Below the pieces are notes generated by a model. It ran no database searches, was not told where the DNA came from, and saw nothing but the letters and a program-made list of their open reading frames with translations. The translations under genes were made by a program, and so were the position numbers. DNA of 62,526 nt, filler included, from Globobulimina sp. (taxonomy: Eukaryota), in assembly GCA_003354225.1 (NCBI GenBank). It is 36 parts of 36 records of this genome, joined end to end, with 100 filler letters (N's around TTAATTAATTAA, not from the genome) between each part and the next. Parts side by side here need not be neighbours in the genome. Positions count along the whole stretch, not along the records: positions 10,447 to 12,087 come from PIVH01013752.1; positions 12,188 to 13,828 come from PIVH01013753.1; positions 13,929 to 15,569 come from PIVH01013754.1; positions 15,670 to 17,310 come from PIVH01013755.1; positions 17,411 to 19,051 come from PIVH01013756.1; positions 19,152 to 20,791 come from PIVH01013757.1; positions 20,892 to 22,531 come from PIVH01013758.1; positions 22,632 to 24,271 come from PIVH01013759.1; 28 more parts are not named here. The stretch is one strand, 5' to 3'. This document shows, piece after piece, positions 11,082 through 23,451 of this stretch (positions are counted from its first letter, which is position 1; each line of letters starts with the position of its first letter).

Positions 11082-11559
11082 ATGGGCAACGAACAAGGAA
11101 GTGCGCGAGCAAAGTCGCCACCGAGTGTACCAACATTACCATCAAATGCTCGGCTAATGAACACTGCCATAAAACAAAGATTAGCGAAAGGAAATAGTAA
11201 AAGCACATATAACATGAAAGTAGTGATCAGTGGAGATAGACAGACCGGGAAATCGGCATTATTTCATCGTTTGGAAGGTGGTGGATTTATAAAAGAGCAC
11301 CGAACCACTGCACAAATACAATGTTCCCACGTTTTATGGCCGTATAAAAGTTACAATATATAAAAAAACAATATGATCAGATCCAATTTAATCTGGCAAT
11401 ATTCGTGCATTCAAACTTGAAAATGCACATAAAATATATTTGTATAATACATAATGACATATAACAGCCACCGACGAGATGGTGAACCTCGAGATATGGG
11501 ACGTTGTGGACAAAGCCATTATGCCCACCAATATCATAGAAGACAACGCCAACATCATA
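11082..11559 (+). CDS. RABL6: Rab-like protein 6 (RABL6/PARF), N-terminal part, intron 11350-11467
   Basis: YNMKVVISGDRQTGKSALFHRLEG...IQCSHVLWPYK spliced to TTDEMVNLEIWDVVDK matches the RABL6 G-domain signature. It is cut by a chimeric junction. Confidence 0.85.
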
Positions 11560-12087
11560 GTGAGCAAAAAATAACGCTTCATCGGAAATCGGGAATGAGA
11601 ATGAAATACGTGGCATCACATTTATTTGAGGATCATAATCCTTAAAGGAGCTTATGGTTACTTGAGATTGTTCCTGATCGAGCAATGCAGGTGAAATACC
11701 GTTACCCACATCTAAAATGGAAGGATCAAGTATCTCAATACCTTCTGCATTATACCATATGTATTCATTACGATAACCAACAACTTTAGTAGGATCATTA
11801 ACTTTGTCAACATACACTACAAAATCGTCTCCCATATTTGATGGATGTGATACATTTTCAAAGCCTGATACTTCATCGACGTTTGAAACAGTGTGAGCGG
11901 GATATAATAGGAAAGGATCTTCCAGCACTTTTTGGTTAGCATCAAATCTGTCAACGCGTACACCAACATTAAAAATAAGATCTTTAAATGCAAATTGATC
12001 CTGAATATAACCAGCCATATATATTGGTTGGTAAGCACCAATGTCACGTGTGTTTACACCGTTTGCATCAGTCTTGTTGAAAAAGTC
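11551..12087 (-). CDS. Bacterial (Bacteroidota-like) TonB-dependent receptor fragment
   Basis: AGYIQDQFAFKDLIFNVGVRVDRFD and MPRISFSFPISDEALFFAHYD are typical TBDR beta-barrel strands. Confidence 0.8.
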
Positions 12088-12187
12088 NNNNNNNNNNNNN
12101 NNNNNNNNNNNNNNNNNNNNNNNNNNNNNNNTTAATTAATTAANNNNNNNNNNNNNNNNNNNNNNNNNNNNNNNNNNNNNNNNNNNN

Positions 12188-12522
12188 ACCTTCAAATTAT
12201 TATATATAAATAAATGTAAAAAATAAAATGCAAAGATAACAACATACATCGCAGGCAATAATGGACAAAAATCGTACCCACCACACCACCATTGATCATA
12301 TTGCCAATGTTGTTCTACATGGATCCAGCATGTTGATGATGAGCATCCCTGTGCAACTGCTGCATTTTCTTGTGTTGTGCTTGGACTGGCTAAAGTTGAG
12401 CCAATACTCGCGCACCAAGTTTTTGCCTCTTGCCAGGTCATCGTCGCTGCACTATTAATGTACGGATATGCGTCAATAATGACTAATGATTGTATTGCTA
12501 ATATTACCAATAACATGTTCAT
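12188..12522 (-). CDS. Secreted C-type lectin domain protein, first exon
   Basis: Signal peptide followed by MTWQEAKTWCASIGSTLAS...EN...CWI. Confidence 0.75.
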
Positions 12523-12645
12523 TTTTACAACGAAAGGATTAACAGACAGATAATAGGTTTTCAGTGCTAAGATGGTTTTTGATTAAAAATTGAGTGAGAC
12601 AATTAATTAAAGAACATACTGTGAACAGAGAGTTATCTTTGTTGT

Positions 12646-13560
12646 TTATTGCAACAAAGTATACATTGTATAATCAACTCTACTTTCAACAGCCAAATAA
12701 TAAACACAATTTGGTGATATATTCACAGGTTTTGCAAGAATCTTATTATTCCGATAAAATGTAACTTGCCAATTAGCACAATCCAAATCAATTTGCAATG
12801 TGTCATCTGTTCCAATCACATTATTATACAATCTTTGTTTACATTTTATTGTTTTAAATTTTCTATTTGTATTTTTGCCGCAAGCAAGCAATGATTTGTG
12901 AATAGAATAATAATATGTATTTGTCGGCGCTGCATACAATCCCATTATCTTTCGTTTACATATATTAATATCTGATATAATTCCGATATAATCGTTACAA
13001 TATTCATGGATTCTTATTTTCCATGAATGGAAACCAAAATTATATCCATTTGAACAGCCAACAACAAACACACTGCTTTTTAACTGTTTGTAAAGCGAAT
13101 GTTTTTTATAATAATTGTTTTCAATGCGGTTTATAACAAATCCATTTTTAATCACTGTATCTTTATATTGTTTTGGATATGTATCAAATCGTGTTATTAC
13201 ATTCAATAAAAATGTATATATTATTTGAAGTAAACAGGTTGGAAAATGATGATATTTGTCATAATAAATTCGAATATAGCCATTAAATAAATTATGCATA
13301 CTTTGCTCAATTGATAAATCCATTAAATTTATATTTATATTATTCACAAATGTAACCAATTTTGTTTTTGATGGTTTAATGATATTTTTTGCCATCTTTT
13401 TGCGTTGTAATTTTGCAACATTATATCGTTGTCGTTGTGGTTTATTTTTCAACCTTTGCGCTAATTCAATTGGTACATTTTGAGCTTTGCTATGTTTGAT
13501 TAAATCAATAGTTGTTAATTTCATTAGTTCTCTATTTACCCAGACAGAGGGATCAGCCAT
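12646..13560 (-). CDS. GYIR-motif protein with a C-terminal SPRY/B30.2-like domain
   Basis: GYNFGFHSWKIRI...YIGII...DDTLQIDLDCANWQVTFYRN...YYLAV is SPRY-like; it is preceded by LFNGYIR...FPTCLLQIIYTF. Confidence 0.65.
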   Translation of the reverse strand: MADPSVWVNRELMKLTTIDLIKHSKAQNVPIELAQRLKNKPQRQRYNVAKLQRKKMAKNIIKPSKTKLVTFVNNININLMDLSIEQSMHNLFNGYIRIYYDKYHHFPTCLLQIIYTFLLNVITRFDTYPKQYKDTVIKNGFVINRIENNYYKKHSLYKQLKSSVFVVGCSNGYNFGFHSWKIRIHEYCNDYIGIISDINICKRKIMGLYAAPTNTYYYSIHKSLLACGKNTNRKFKTIKCKQRLYNNVIGTDDTLQIDLDCANWQVTFYRNNKILAKPVNISPNCVYYLAVESRVDYTMYTLLQ

Positions 13561-13656
13561 GTTACGTTTGTTGTACCTTGAAAAGTTTTGGTCCTGTTAT
13601 GTCTAGACATGTATCAGAACGGTATCACTCAAAATTAATGTAGTTATAGTGTAATA

Positions 13657-13799
13657 CTTTAGAATAGGACCTGTTTGAAACACTGCGTTTTAGAAAAAAT
13701 TTAAAACCTATGGAGAGGTCATCACCATCTCCTAACAAAACGACTTGCGAATTTGCGGGTTTTAAAAACAATGTGTTTCAAACAGGTCCTATTCTAAAG
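13657..13799. mobile_element. MITE-like element (143 bp), TA-flanked
   Basis: Perfect 30-bp inverted repeat ATACTTTAGAATAGGACCTGTTTGAAACAC at 13654-13683 and 13773-13802, including a TA on each side. Confidence 0.7.
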
Positions 13800-14227
13800 T
13801 ATAAAGATTATTTGCAAGATGTTTACAANNNNNNNNNNNNNNNNNNNNNNNNNNNNNNNNNNNNNNNNNNNNTTAATTAATTAANNNNNNNNNNNNNNNN
13901 NNNNNNNNNNNNNNNNNNNNNNNNNNNNTAAATTTATGAACAAATTTAAAATTTGGAATTGATTAAATTTAATATTATCAGCATTAGAATTGATTGTAAA
14001 TTGATAATTAAACTATGTTGGATATTAATACAATTAAATTGATCAACATTTTAACATAAAGAAAGTACACAATTTAATTGAGTATAAAAAAGTGGCCTAA
14101 ACCGCTGTGGTTTGCAAAAACAACTTAAGACATTCATTTACATATACACAAAATATAAATTGTTAGAAAGAAACAGCGGAGAAGTAAGTGTTGAAAAACA
14201 CTTAAACCAAATTAAAATACACACCTT

Positions 14228-15454
14228 TTATCCCCATATTTTCTTCCTATCTAAATCATTGGCCCATGGATCATAAATTGCAGCCCTTATATCAAAAGAA
14301 GCCAATTGATTATTTAAGTATTTCTTAATATGACTTGAGCCATGAATTAATTCTTTAATATAAATTGAAAAATCAATATCATTATATCTCGCATATCTCA
14401 TTGATGGATGCGGTAAATGGGAGGGTTTCCACCCTACAAATTTTAATAATTTAGACTCTGGAATTGATTGCATTACAGACAGTGTTGAGCCACCAATCCG
14501 AAAAGAATAGGCTGTATATTGTTTAATTTTTGGTAATTTATTAAATCTTGCAATTTTCTTAGCAATTTTACCTAAATGATATGATGTAATTACAGAATTA
14601 TCTTTATATTTAAAAACAGATGAATTTGATTTTAATTTAAATTTATTTGATTGATTTGCCAATTTTTGTATTTTATGTAAATATATTTTTAATAATTTAT
14701 AAGGATTTATTAAGTTACAAGGACATATTTTATGCGATCCTTTAATGTGTCTATTATGACACGCAGAATTACCAATTATTATTTCTTTAATATGCTTTTT
14801 CGATTTTTGATTTTTAAAGGAATGAACAAGTAATATATAATACCATTTATTTGGATCAGTTGAGTCTTTGTTAAGTTTAATGTCTTTCATTTTTAATCCA
14901 TATTTTGTTATACTTGTTTTAACTCTTAATAACTCACAGGGTCTTGGCATGCAACAAAAATAGATTTGCGATAATAAAACCTCAACTAATATATCAATAT
15001 TGATTGTTTTTAAATATTTACCATAACATTTATGATGCAAAGTATAATTATAAATGTGATTTAATTGAAATGGCAAACGTTTATCAGCTTCTTCATCATA
15101 CATTTTTTTTAATGCTAATTTAAAGGTTTTATAATCAAAATTATCTCTGTAATCGGGTTTGTAACCCTTTAATTCACAAATCCAAGTAAGTGATGCTTGC
15201 CAAGCACAAATTGACTTAATTGAACCCGCTTGTAAGGTCCTTTCGGATATCCAAAAGGTAGCAACCAAAGGATCCAAAGGCATACCAAACGGATCTTCAT
15301 CATATTCTATACAATATTTAGTCCAATTACGTATTTGTGATACATATTGTTCTTTGGTATTTATCTCTTTTTTTGATAATCTTACGTGACATATATGTTT
15401 TGCGTTTTTTTTATCTTTACGCGCCATACGATTATCATATAATCTTAGGGCCAT
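14228..15454 (-). mobile_element. Tyrosine recombinase (DIRS/Crypton-like)
   Basis: Catalytic order: R (MPRPCEL), K (SFKNQ), YSFRIGG at the HxxR position, GW (FVGWK), Y (SMRYAR). Confidence 0.8.
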
Positions 15455-15786
15455 AAAATCTATTTATATGTATACAAATTATTTATAACAATTATATGTA
15501 TAACACGCAAATTACATACAAACAATCAGAAAAAACACAAATTGACATTATAAATTTACATTAAATTCANNNNNNNNNNNNNNNNNNNNNNNNNNNNNNN
15601 NNNNNNNNNNNNNTTAATTAATTAANNNNNNNNNNNNNNNNNNNNNNNNNNNNNNNNNNNNNNNNNNNNTCTTCAAATATTGAGCCAAGCCGGCTCTGTC
15701 AACGAATTTCTTCAACGCCTCGGTGTCATCGTAGCGCTGTCTCATAAACCATAATAAAATACATTTTACTTCGTCGCCGGTATACG

Positions 15787-16807
15787 TTGATTCAACAATT
15801 TTATTCGTTAGTAGTCGACGACGATGATGATGACATTTATGGAAACAGCATTAAATACGCAGGAATTGGTAGAAACGTACGGGCGAAGGATAATTATGCA
15901 GCTATTACGGGAAGTGGTTATTTTAGCCACCACGCCAATTGCAATCAAATTATGTACGAATATATATATGAAGGCATGGACGATGCCATAACACAACCGA
16001 GAAACATACATTTTGCTGTACCGTGGGCAGAAAATCAACGTAAACGCCCAAGACGGTGCAAAATAAGCAATGAGAATCGAATTTTGTCCTTTTTAAATGA
16101 ATTAGGCGAACAGCCAAAAGTATGGGAGACTGCGCGCCAAAACGGATGGAATCCATCGAGCGTTTCAAGAGATTTCAAGCATTGTTTAATACATTTCGTG
16201 GATAGATTTAAAGATTGGATTCGTCCATTAAACAATGGACAGCGTGCTGCGGCACAGGTTTATGAATATTATCCGACGGCTTATTGTAGTTTGGATGGAT
16301 CGATGTTTAGAAGAAGAGCGACAAATATTTTGCCTGCTCATATTAATAGGGCCGATTTTTACGACCATAAGAAAAAACACCCAGAGGCTCTCAACGTGCA
16401 AGCAATTGCAACAAAGGCAAATTATTGCACCCATTTATTAACAGGTACATATAATATATTTTTCTTTTTGTTTTGTATAAATTTTTGCTGTGTTTTACAA
16501 AGGAATTCCGGGCCGAATGTGCGACTCAAATGCGAGTCGGTATATTGCTGAAAATGAGTGGAATGGATCGACTTTGGTTGATGCGGGATATCCAAATGAT
16601 GCGCGTTTTATAGGTCCAGACGGGACCGATGAACATAAAGCAGCTCGCAGCCATATCGAGCATCTATTTGGCGCAAATAAAATGGACTGGGGAATGGTTG
16701 GAGGGATTTATAGGAGGGACTCGAAATATCATTCATTAGCTATTCGGGCATCATTTATTTTAGGAAATATGAAAAAAGTGTTTGGACCAAATTATTTGGA
16801 TTATTAA
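15787..16807 (+). mobile_element. PIF/Harbinger (IS5-like, DDE_Tnp_4) transposase with intron 16445-16502; start uncertain
   Basis: HTH-like ..GWNPSSVSR, SLDGS, FYDHKK..LNVQAI, spliced GIPGRMCD, LVDAGYP and RSHIEHLFG. Confidence 0.85.
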
Positions 16808-17410
16808 TATATAAAAATGTTTAATTATATTATTATACTTATTATTGTGTACATATTATGTTATATGTAATTAATTTTGTGATTTATGATTGCCTCTATT
16901 TACGGATAAGATTTTTGTGATTTAATATTGTATTTTTCTTACATAAAGTATATGATATTTGGCGCCATGAATAAAACAAAAATATTTATAAATATCGTAA
17001 TTTTTCAAATTATTTTCAATACAATTTGTATTATGCTATCAAATATGCTTTGTTTGGCACATAAATTTCTTTTTTTTTATTATTATATTACTATGTTTGT
17101 GTCAATACGTTTAATTTTAATTTTATAGCAATTTTATTTATATAAATAATTCAATATTAGTCATCAAACTTGTTCTGTTACATAACCATAATAAAAAAGT
17201 ATAACTTTCAGATTTTTTATACACTTTCTAAACAGAGCGGATTATATTATTTGTTTATACTTATTATACACAAATATATGTTCATAGAATTATGAAACAT
17301 GCGGCTACGCNNNNNNNNNNNNNNNNNNNNNNNNNNNNNNNNNNNNNNNNNNNNTTAATTAATTAANNNNNNNNNNNNNNNNNNNNNNNNNNNNNNNNNN
17401 NNNNNNNNNN

Positions 17411-19051
17411 AAATATCAGTGCCAGAATTCGTATTCATAGGCTTCCAATCTTCTGGTAAAACTTCAGCAGTCTCCCAAGCTGCAAAATTAGCCGTCGGTA
17501 TGTGTAGTTTTTATAAATCCAAATCCAAATACATACTTCCTCACAACTCTGCATCTTATCAATCTGTACATATTATGCAGGTGTCATGAAACACGGCACG
17601 GCCTCCCGCTGTCCCACCAGATTCAAAATGATTAACAACCCGAACCAGAAAAAATCATTAATAAAAGTCAACGGTATGTATAACTAAACTGCGTATAACG
17701 CTCAACAAACAACATTGAATAAATCAATTTCCACCACACAAACAGGGCAAACTTGCAAAGACGAGGCAGATTTGACCAATAAAACCTTAGCCTGTACCAA
17801 GCAGTACGAAGAGCAGGACATCTTCGCCAAAGATATCATCGAAGTACGCATCGAATCCTGCCAATGCCCCGAATTAACCTTTGTCGATTTACCCGGATTA
17901 ATCAAAGGCGATTCGCAGAGATACGCGGTCGCCAAGCGGCAATTGGACGAATTGACCGCATTCTTCCTCCACGAAACCAACCCGGACGGCACCTACAGAT
18001 ATATGCCGATATTGGTCCGCGAGCCCGTCGACGTCGAACACGACACGCATGCCGAGGTCACGTACATCGACAATTTAGTGGAGAAGTATGGCCATGGAAG
18101 GAAGAAACGCATCTCGTGGCGCGACGACACCTTATTCATTGTCAACAAGTTCGACAAACAAATCAACCGCTCGCCGGCCTCCTCGTTGATAGAATACATG
18201 AAATATTGCAGCGAGTACGGCCTCACTGTGCTCACCATCATGAACGCCAAAGGCAAGAACACCGCCAATATGACGCAGGGACAGCTAAATTCATTCGTAT
18301 TGGACGTGGAAGCGGACGAATGCGAGAAATGGGAGTCAGTGATCAATGAGTTTTGTAAGATGGATGACGAGAATTTGCACGAATTGAAGCTACTACGTCA
18401 GGACATCAGCGGCGTGGCGAAGATGAACGAGATATTGGCAGAGAAGATGTGCGACATTGTCAAGAAAATCTTGCCGTTCGTGGAGCGGCAGTTGGATTTG
18501 GCGGAAGCCGACAAACGGGCCGAGATTGCCGGCATCATGAAGCAAATCGATATGTGCGACCCACAAAAGTTAAAGTCGCAATGCATTACATTCAACAACA
18601 AGTTTTTGAAGTATTTGCGCGAGTTTTATAACGGCATTTTGGCGCTGAAAGTGGATAAGAAATGGAAGAAGTCGTGGAGCAAAGAAGTGGATGACTTCCA
18701 TGTCATGGCTCACTCCGCCGGCGCCGGCAAAGGAGCCAAGAATTGGAAGTACGAGATCCAACCGGGAAAGCTCTCCACTTTGTTGTCCAAGTTGGCGCAG
18801 AAAGAGAAGCCGGCGGAGTTGCTGTCGTTGTTGAAAATGGAGTTGGTGGCCTCTGCTGCCATCAATCGCATCGTCGACGCCTGGATCTGTCAGGTGGCGT
18901 ATATGGCGTTTCCAACGTATACGGATGAAGACATTGTGAATATATCAGGCGCGTTTGACCATGCTCGACAGCCCGAAGTATGGAAATCGATCAGGAATAT
19001 CGTGTTGGACTCCATCTCGCATATATCCGACGCTGCGAAGTATTTGGGAGA
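17411..19051 (+). CDS. Dynamin-superfamily GTPase (DRP5/Dlp-like), introns 17498-17580 and 17674-17745, partial
   Basis: PEFVFIGFQSSGKT (G1), SRCP (G2), FVDLPG (G3) and VNKFD (G4); splicing restores the frame. Confidence 0.85.
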
Positions 19052-19260
19052 NNNNNNNNNNNNNNNNNNNNNNNNNNNNNNNNNNNNNNNNNNNNTTAAT
19101 TAATTAANNNNNNNNNNNNNNNNNNNNNNNNNNNNNNNNNNNNNNNNNNNNAAAGTCGATTTTTAAAATCTATGAAAACCTTTCAAGTGATAAATTTTGG
19201 GTTTGCAAGCAAGTGATTTGCTTGGCTAGAACTGGATGTTTTGATTGTGCGAAAAAAATA

Positions 19261-20709
19261 TCATTGATTATAACTACATTGATTACGTAGAATACACGAA
19301 GCAACTCGCTCAAAAATGCCTAATTGAAGGTCATTATCATTCTGCTCCTTTTGAGCTTGCTTGTTAAGGTTCATATTTTCTTTTGGATGAATTATAATTT
19401 TATTTTCTTCATTCAATAACATCAGACCATATTTAAAAAAGCCAGTGTCATATGTCAATAAACCATATATTTTCAATATTTCCATTCTCGCTCTTCCATA
19501 AATAAAACCATTCAATTCCTTATTTCCAATTTTTAATTTTTCCGCAACTTTCTCTGATTTTATATCGTTATTAACACAGCAAACCCGAATAACTATAAAC
19601 GTTGCTTGATTGTTATATTTTAAATGTAAATTTATTAATTGTTTCAAATGAGTCTGTTGAGTATCAAAAGTATGACCAAAATCTATATCACCCATAAAAT
19701 ATAAAATACACATTTTCCTATTTCCACCTCCGTCGCCATTAAGATTGGCTGCATTTATAACATCAATTATATTATATTCCCTATCTTCCAATTCCGCATT
19801 GTCCGAATCTGTTTTTATCGGTTTAATTCCAACTAAATTAACCAAATAATTCCTGGTTATAAACAATGTAAAATCGCCTTTGTTCCTATCAATTAATGTC
19901 AATTCTTTTATACTTTCATTCTCTTTCCGTTCAATGTCCTGTTCTGCACATTTCACACAATAATCTTTCGTCTCTTCTTCCCCCTCAATCTTGAACTTTA
20001 TCCATCCATTTATTGGCTCTCTGATCTCCAAATACGCGCCGGCTTTGGCGTAAACTTTCACTTTCGTCCCAGCTTCGATTTCACCAATTTCTATACAAAA
20101 AAAGTCAGAAACACAAATAACACCTATAAAAGTCCGAAATTATAAACGTGTTTAACTTTTATAATATTCATCTTCGACAATGAACTGATTCATTGTCTTT
20201 ATTTGCGTCATATCGTCCTTATTATTTAATTTATTTTGTATGATTTTTTTATTAGTTTTGGAATGGTAATAATGGAGAATATTATTTTCAATGATTGGCG
20301 ATTGTATGGCTGGCATTGTATAAACATCGCAGGTCTCTGCCACTTGCCATAATTCGCACATTTGCTCCACTGCCCATCTATAAATATCATCTTGTAACAA
20401 CTTCCAATAATTGCATGATTCCTCTTTCTTGCCGTCTTTATCTGCCTTCTCTTGGCTTTCTTGCTGTTTTTTCTCGTCATCGGTCAATACTTTCTCTGTA
20501 TTTTGGGATAAGACCACAAATGGATCGTACTTCAAGTATAAGGTGATGGGCATCACAGAGTTATCCTGCAAATATTGTACTTTTGGAAACTGATACATCC
20601 AAATAAAATTATGCTGTTTTTGCGATGGATATTTGTCATTTAATAATTTGATGACTTCGGATTTTTGTGCAAAGGAATTGATTGATAGTATCTCAGAACC
20701 TGCACGCAA
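19261..20709 (-). CDS. Spliced hypothetical protein with an SH3-like segment and a possible thioredoxin-like tail
   Basis: A phase-1 intron (about 20156-20092) joins the two track ORFs; IGEIEAGTKVKVY...LEIREPINGWIK resembles SH3b. Confidence 0.45.
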
Positions 20710-21069
20710 ACCTTTTTTGTATTTGTTATTTTTATGTTTATGTGCAAGGATAAGGCATGCATTGCGAATAAAATTGTAAAAATACCTAATTNNNNNNNNN
20801 NNNNNNNNNNNNNNNNNNNNNNNNNNNNNNNNNNNTTAATTAATTAANNNNNNNNNNNNNNNNNNNNNNNNNNNNNNNNNNNNNNNNNNNNTCAATTTTA
20901 AACAATTAACTAATATGCCATTATTATATCCCTCAGTAAATTATAAAAAAGGCCGGTAACAAACACACAGTCAGTCTGCAAACTTTGCAAGCGAAGGAGT
21001 TGCATTTTTGGGGAATATAGTTTTATTGGATTAATTAAGGCACTTGAGTTGCATGCAGTTTTTGTTGAT

Positions 21070-22531
21070 ATGTCTTCAGAATGCTTAAGACATTTAAGTT
21101 GCTGCAAATCATACGACGAATTGACTGACATTGCATCAACCATCCAAGCCTACACATCGATACATTTCAGCCAAGAAGAATGGATAAAGATTCGTTTTTT
21201 TTTAATGCTATATTGTTGTGTAATATTTATGTGGACCATCATTGATTCAATATTCAGCGATAGAACCTTATTTTATTTTATTTACGCCACACATTGGATA
21301 TTGTTATTAAACATAATGTTATATTTAATCTGTAGCTATGTCATAACCTTAGTTATTCATGAACGCATATCGTCGACTGGCAATTCCAGCGCCTCCATTC
21401 AAATCAGTAAGCGCCAAAAGAAAAAACATAATAAAAAGCATAACCAAAACAATCATTTTGAAGATATGAAGCTACAGCCAACCAACGACAACATTCCTTC
21501 CTTGTCGCAGTTGGGCTTATTTAAATGGAATAAATTCATCGTTTTCTTACAAAATGCTTCGTTGTCGCCCTCCATTGTGTTTCCTATCGTATTCTGGTTT
21601 GTTATATTTCCAAACATCAGCAATGAACATGTTAAGTTACCTTGATATTATACGCAAAATCGCACTGAAAAAAAAACACTTAAAATGCCTATGCAGAGCT
21701 GGTATGATGTCTGGCTGGAATTTAATATCCATGGCATCCTACCAATACTGATCTTATTTGATTTCATATTTTCTTCGCGCACAGCATTGTATATTGATAT
21801 GTACCAACCACTGATAATTGGCGTCATTTATTGTTTATGGACGTATATAATTTGGACAGATAATACCGAGGACAGTGAAGTAACCTCTTTGTTATACGAA
21901 AAATATTTTTATTTTGAGTTGCATGATTATTTATTGTGGGTTGTGTGCAATTTAAGTGGTTTATGTGTGGTGCATTTGGCTTTCGCGTTGATAAAATCTA
22001 AGGTATTGAGCAAACATTTTATGCCCATACAATTGTCCACCAATCATATGGTTATCATCGACAAGAATGGCAATATCGTGAATAGCAAATCAAAGGAATA
22101 TGATAAGGTGGGATTGCTGAAAAAAAAGAAAAAAAAGAAGAAGAAAAAAGAAAAACAAGAGAAGAAAGCATATAAGAAACGGAAAGTTGGTGTGATCTCT
22201 GAGCTAAATGAAGAAAATGATATACATAATCAACAAAAAAAAGTACAAAATATACGGAAAAAATCAAATAAAAATGTGACGGATAATAGCAGCGTGAATA
22301 CGGGAAATGATGAAAAAAAGGAGAATTTGGAGGATGTTTTTGCCAATTTTGATGATATCGAATTCTTTGAGCAAAATAAAAATGATTTGAATGCCATTCA
22401 GATCGACATTGAAGAGGAGGAAAATGGGCGAAATAATATTATAAATAATGCTGGTAATTCCATAAAGGAGGGGTTTAAAAATTTAATTGCCAGAATTGAT
22501 AATAAAAAGGAGGTAAAATATAGTAAGCCAA
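21070..22531 (+). CDS. Multi-pass membrane protein, rolling stone/FAR-17a-like, intron 21631-21696, 3' partial
   Basis: FYFIYATHW and FNIHGILPILILFD motifs, about six TM helices and a Lys-rich tail. Confidence 0.65.
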
Positions 22532-22631
22532 NNNNNNNNNNNNNNNNNNNNNNNNNNNNNNNNNNNNNNNNNNNNTTAATTAATTAANNNNNNNNNNNNN
22601 NNNNNNNNNNNNNNNNNNNNNNNNNNNNNNN

Positions 22632-23451
22632 AAAAACAAACGAGATGAATTATTAAATAAAATTAATATTATTGACAATACCAATCAAAAAATATTAAAT
22701 ACAAAATTACAAGATTTAAAAAATATAAATAAGATATGTTTACACAAGAAACACTTATTTGAAGCAATTGCTTCCGATACAAAGGTTGGCCCCACTCAGA
22801 AACTGCAAAAATTGAATAAATTGTTATCTATAAACCTAATAAATGTTGCAAATGACGATGAAAAAAAAACAGAAATTGATAACTATGATAATTATAAAAT
22901 CATTGGTACCAAATGTATTATTCCTGGCAAAATAAATATAAACATTGATCAACAATCCTTTGATAGTTGTATTGATTCATTTGCGACCATCAGTTGTGAT
23001 GTTATTACTATGGATTGGAAAATGAAACGAAGTTATATCGATCAAACTAACGTACTTTGAAGATAACAAAACAACTGCAATGAGTTTTGATAAAGCATTC
23101 AGTAAAGCATATTATACAATTAATGACGAAAATAAATGTGCAACCAACACGGCGGGCGGTGGTTTTCCTTCAGTGAAGTTGTTGCCTGCTGTTTGTAATC
23201 AAAATAAAACAATAAAATTTATGATCACTGGGTATGGATGGTATGGCATTGGGGATGATCGGACCGTTGCAGATGGATTTGCAGGATATACAGATCATGG
23301 CTGGATGGTGCGGAATAGTGATGGAGGGATGTATGCTCATAGTGGATCAATTGCTGCTTTGGATCCAGTCACTGGGAATTGTGCGGATAAAATTGTAGAA
23401 ATGTCGTTTGATTTGTCGATCAACGAGAAAGTTAACAGTAACGGTGGATAA
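22632..23451 (+). pseudogene. Coiled-coil plus SPRY-like gene fragment with an apparent frameshift near 23060
   Basis: Two consecutive ORFs in different frames, with no clear intron between them; GWYGIG..GWMVRN..GGMY is SPRY-like. Confidence 0.35.

Noticed and set aside
11377..11550. C-terminal extension of the TBDR ORF (GVVFYDIGG...)
   Set aside because: It is the antisense of the RABL6 exon and intron beyond the chimeric junction.
16441..16551. Alternative genetic code or programmed frameshifts to explain split ORFs
   Set aside because: Canonical GT-AG introns restore the frames here and in the other genes tested; TAA, TAG and TGA all serve as stops.
14228..19051. Recombinase + transposase + dynamin as a linked defence island
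   Set aside because: They lie on three separate contigs that are adjacent only through size sorting.
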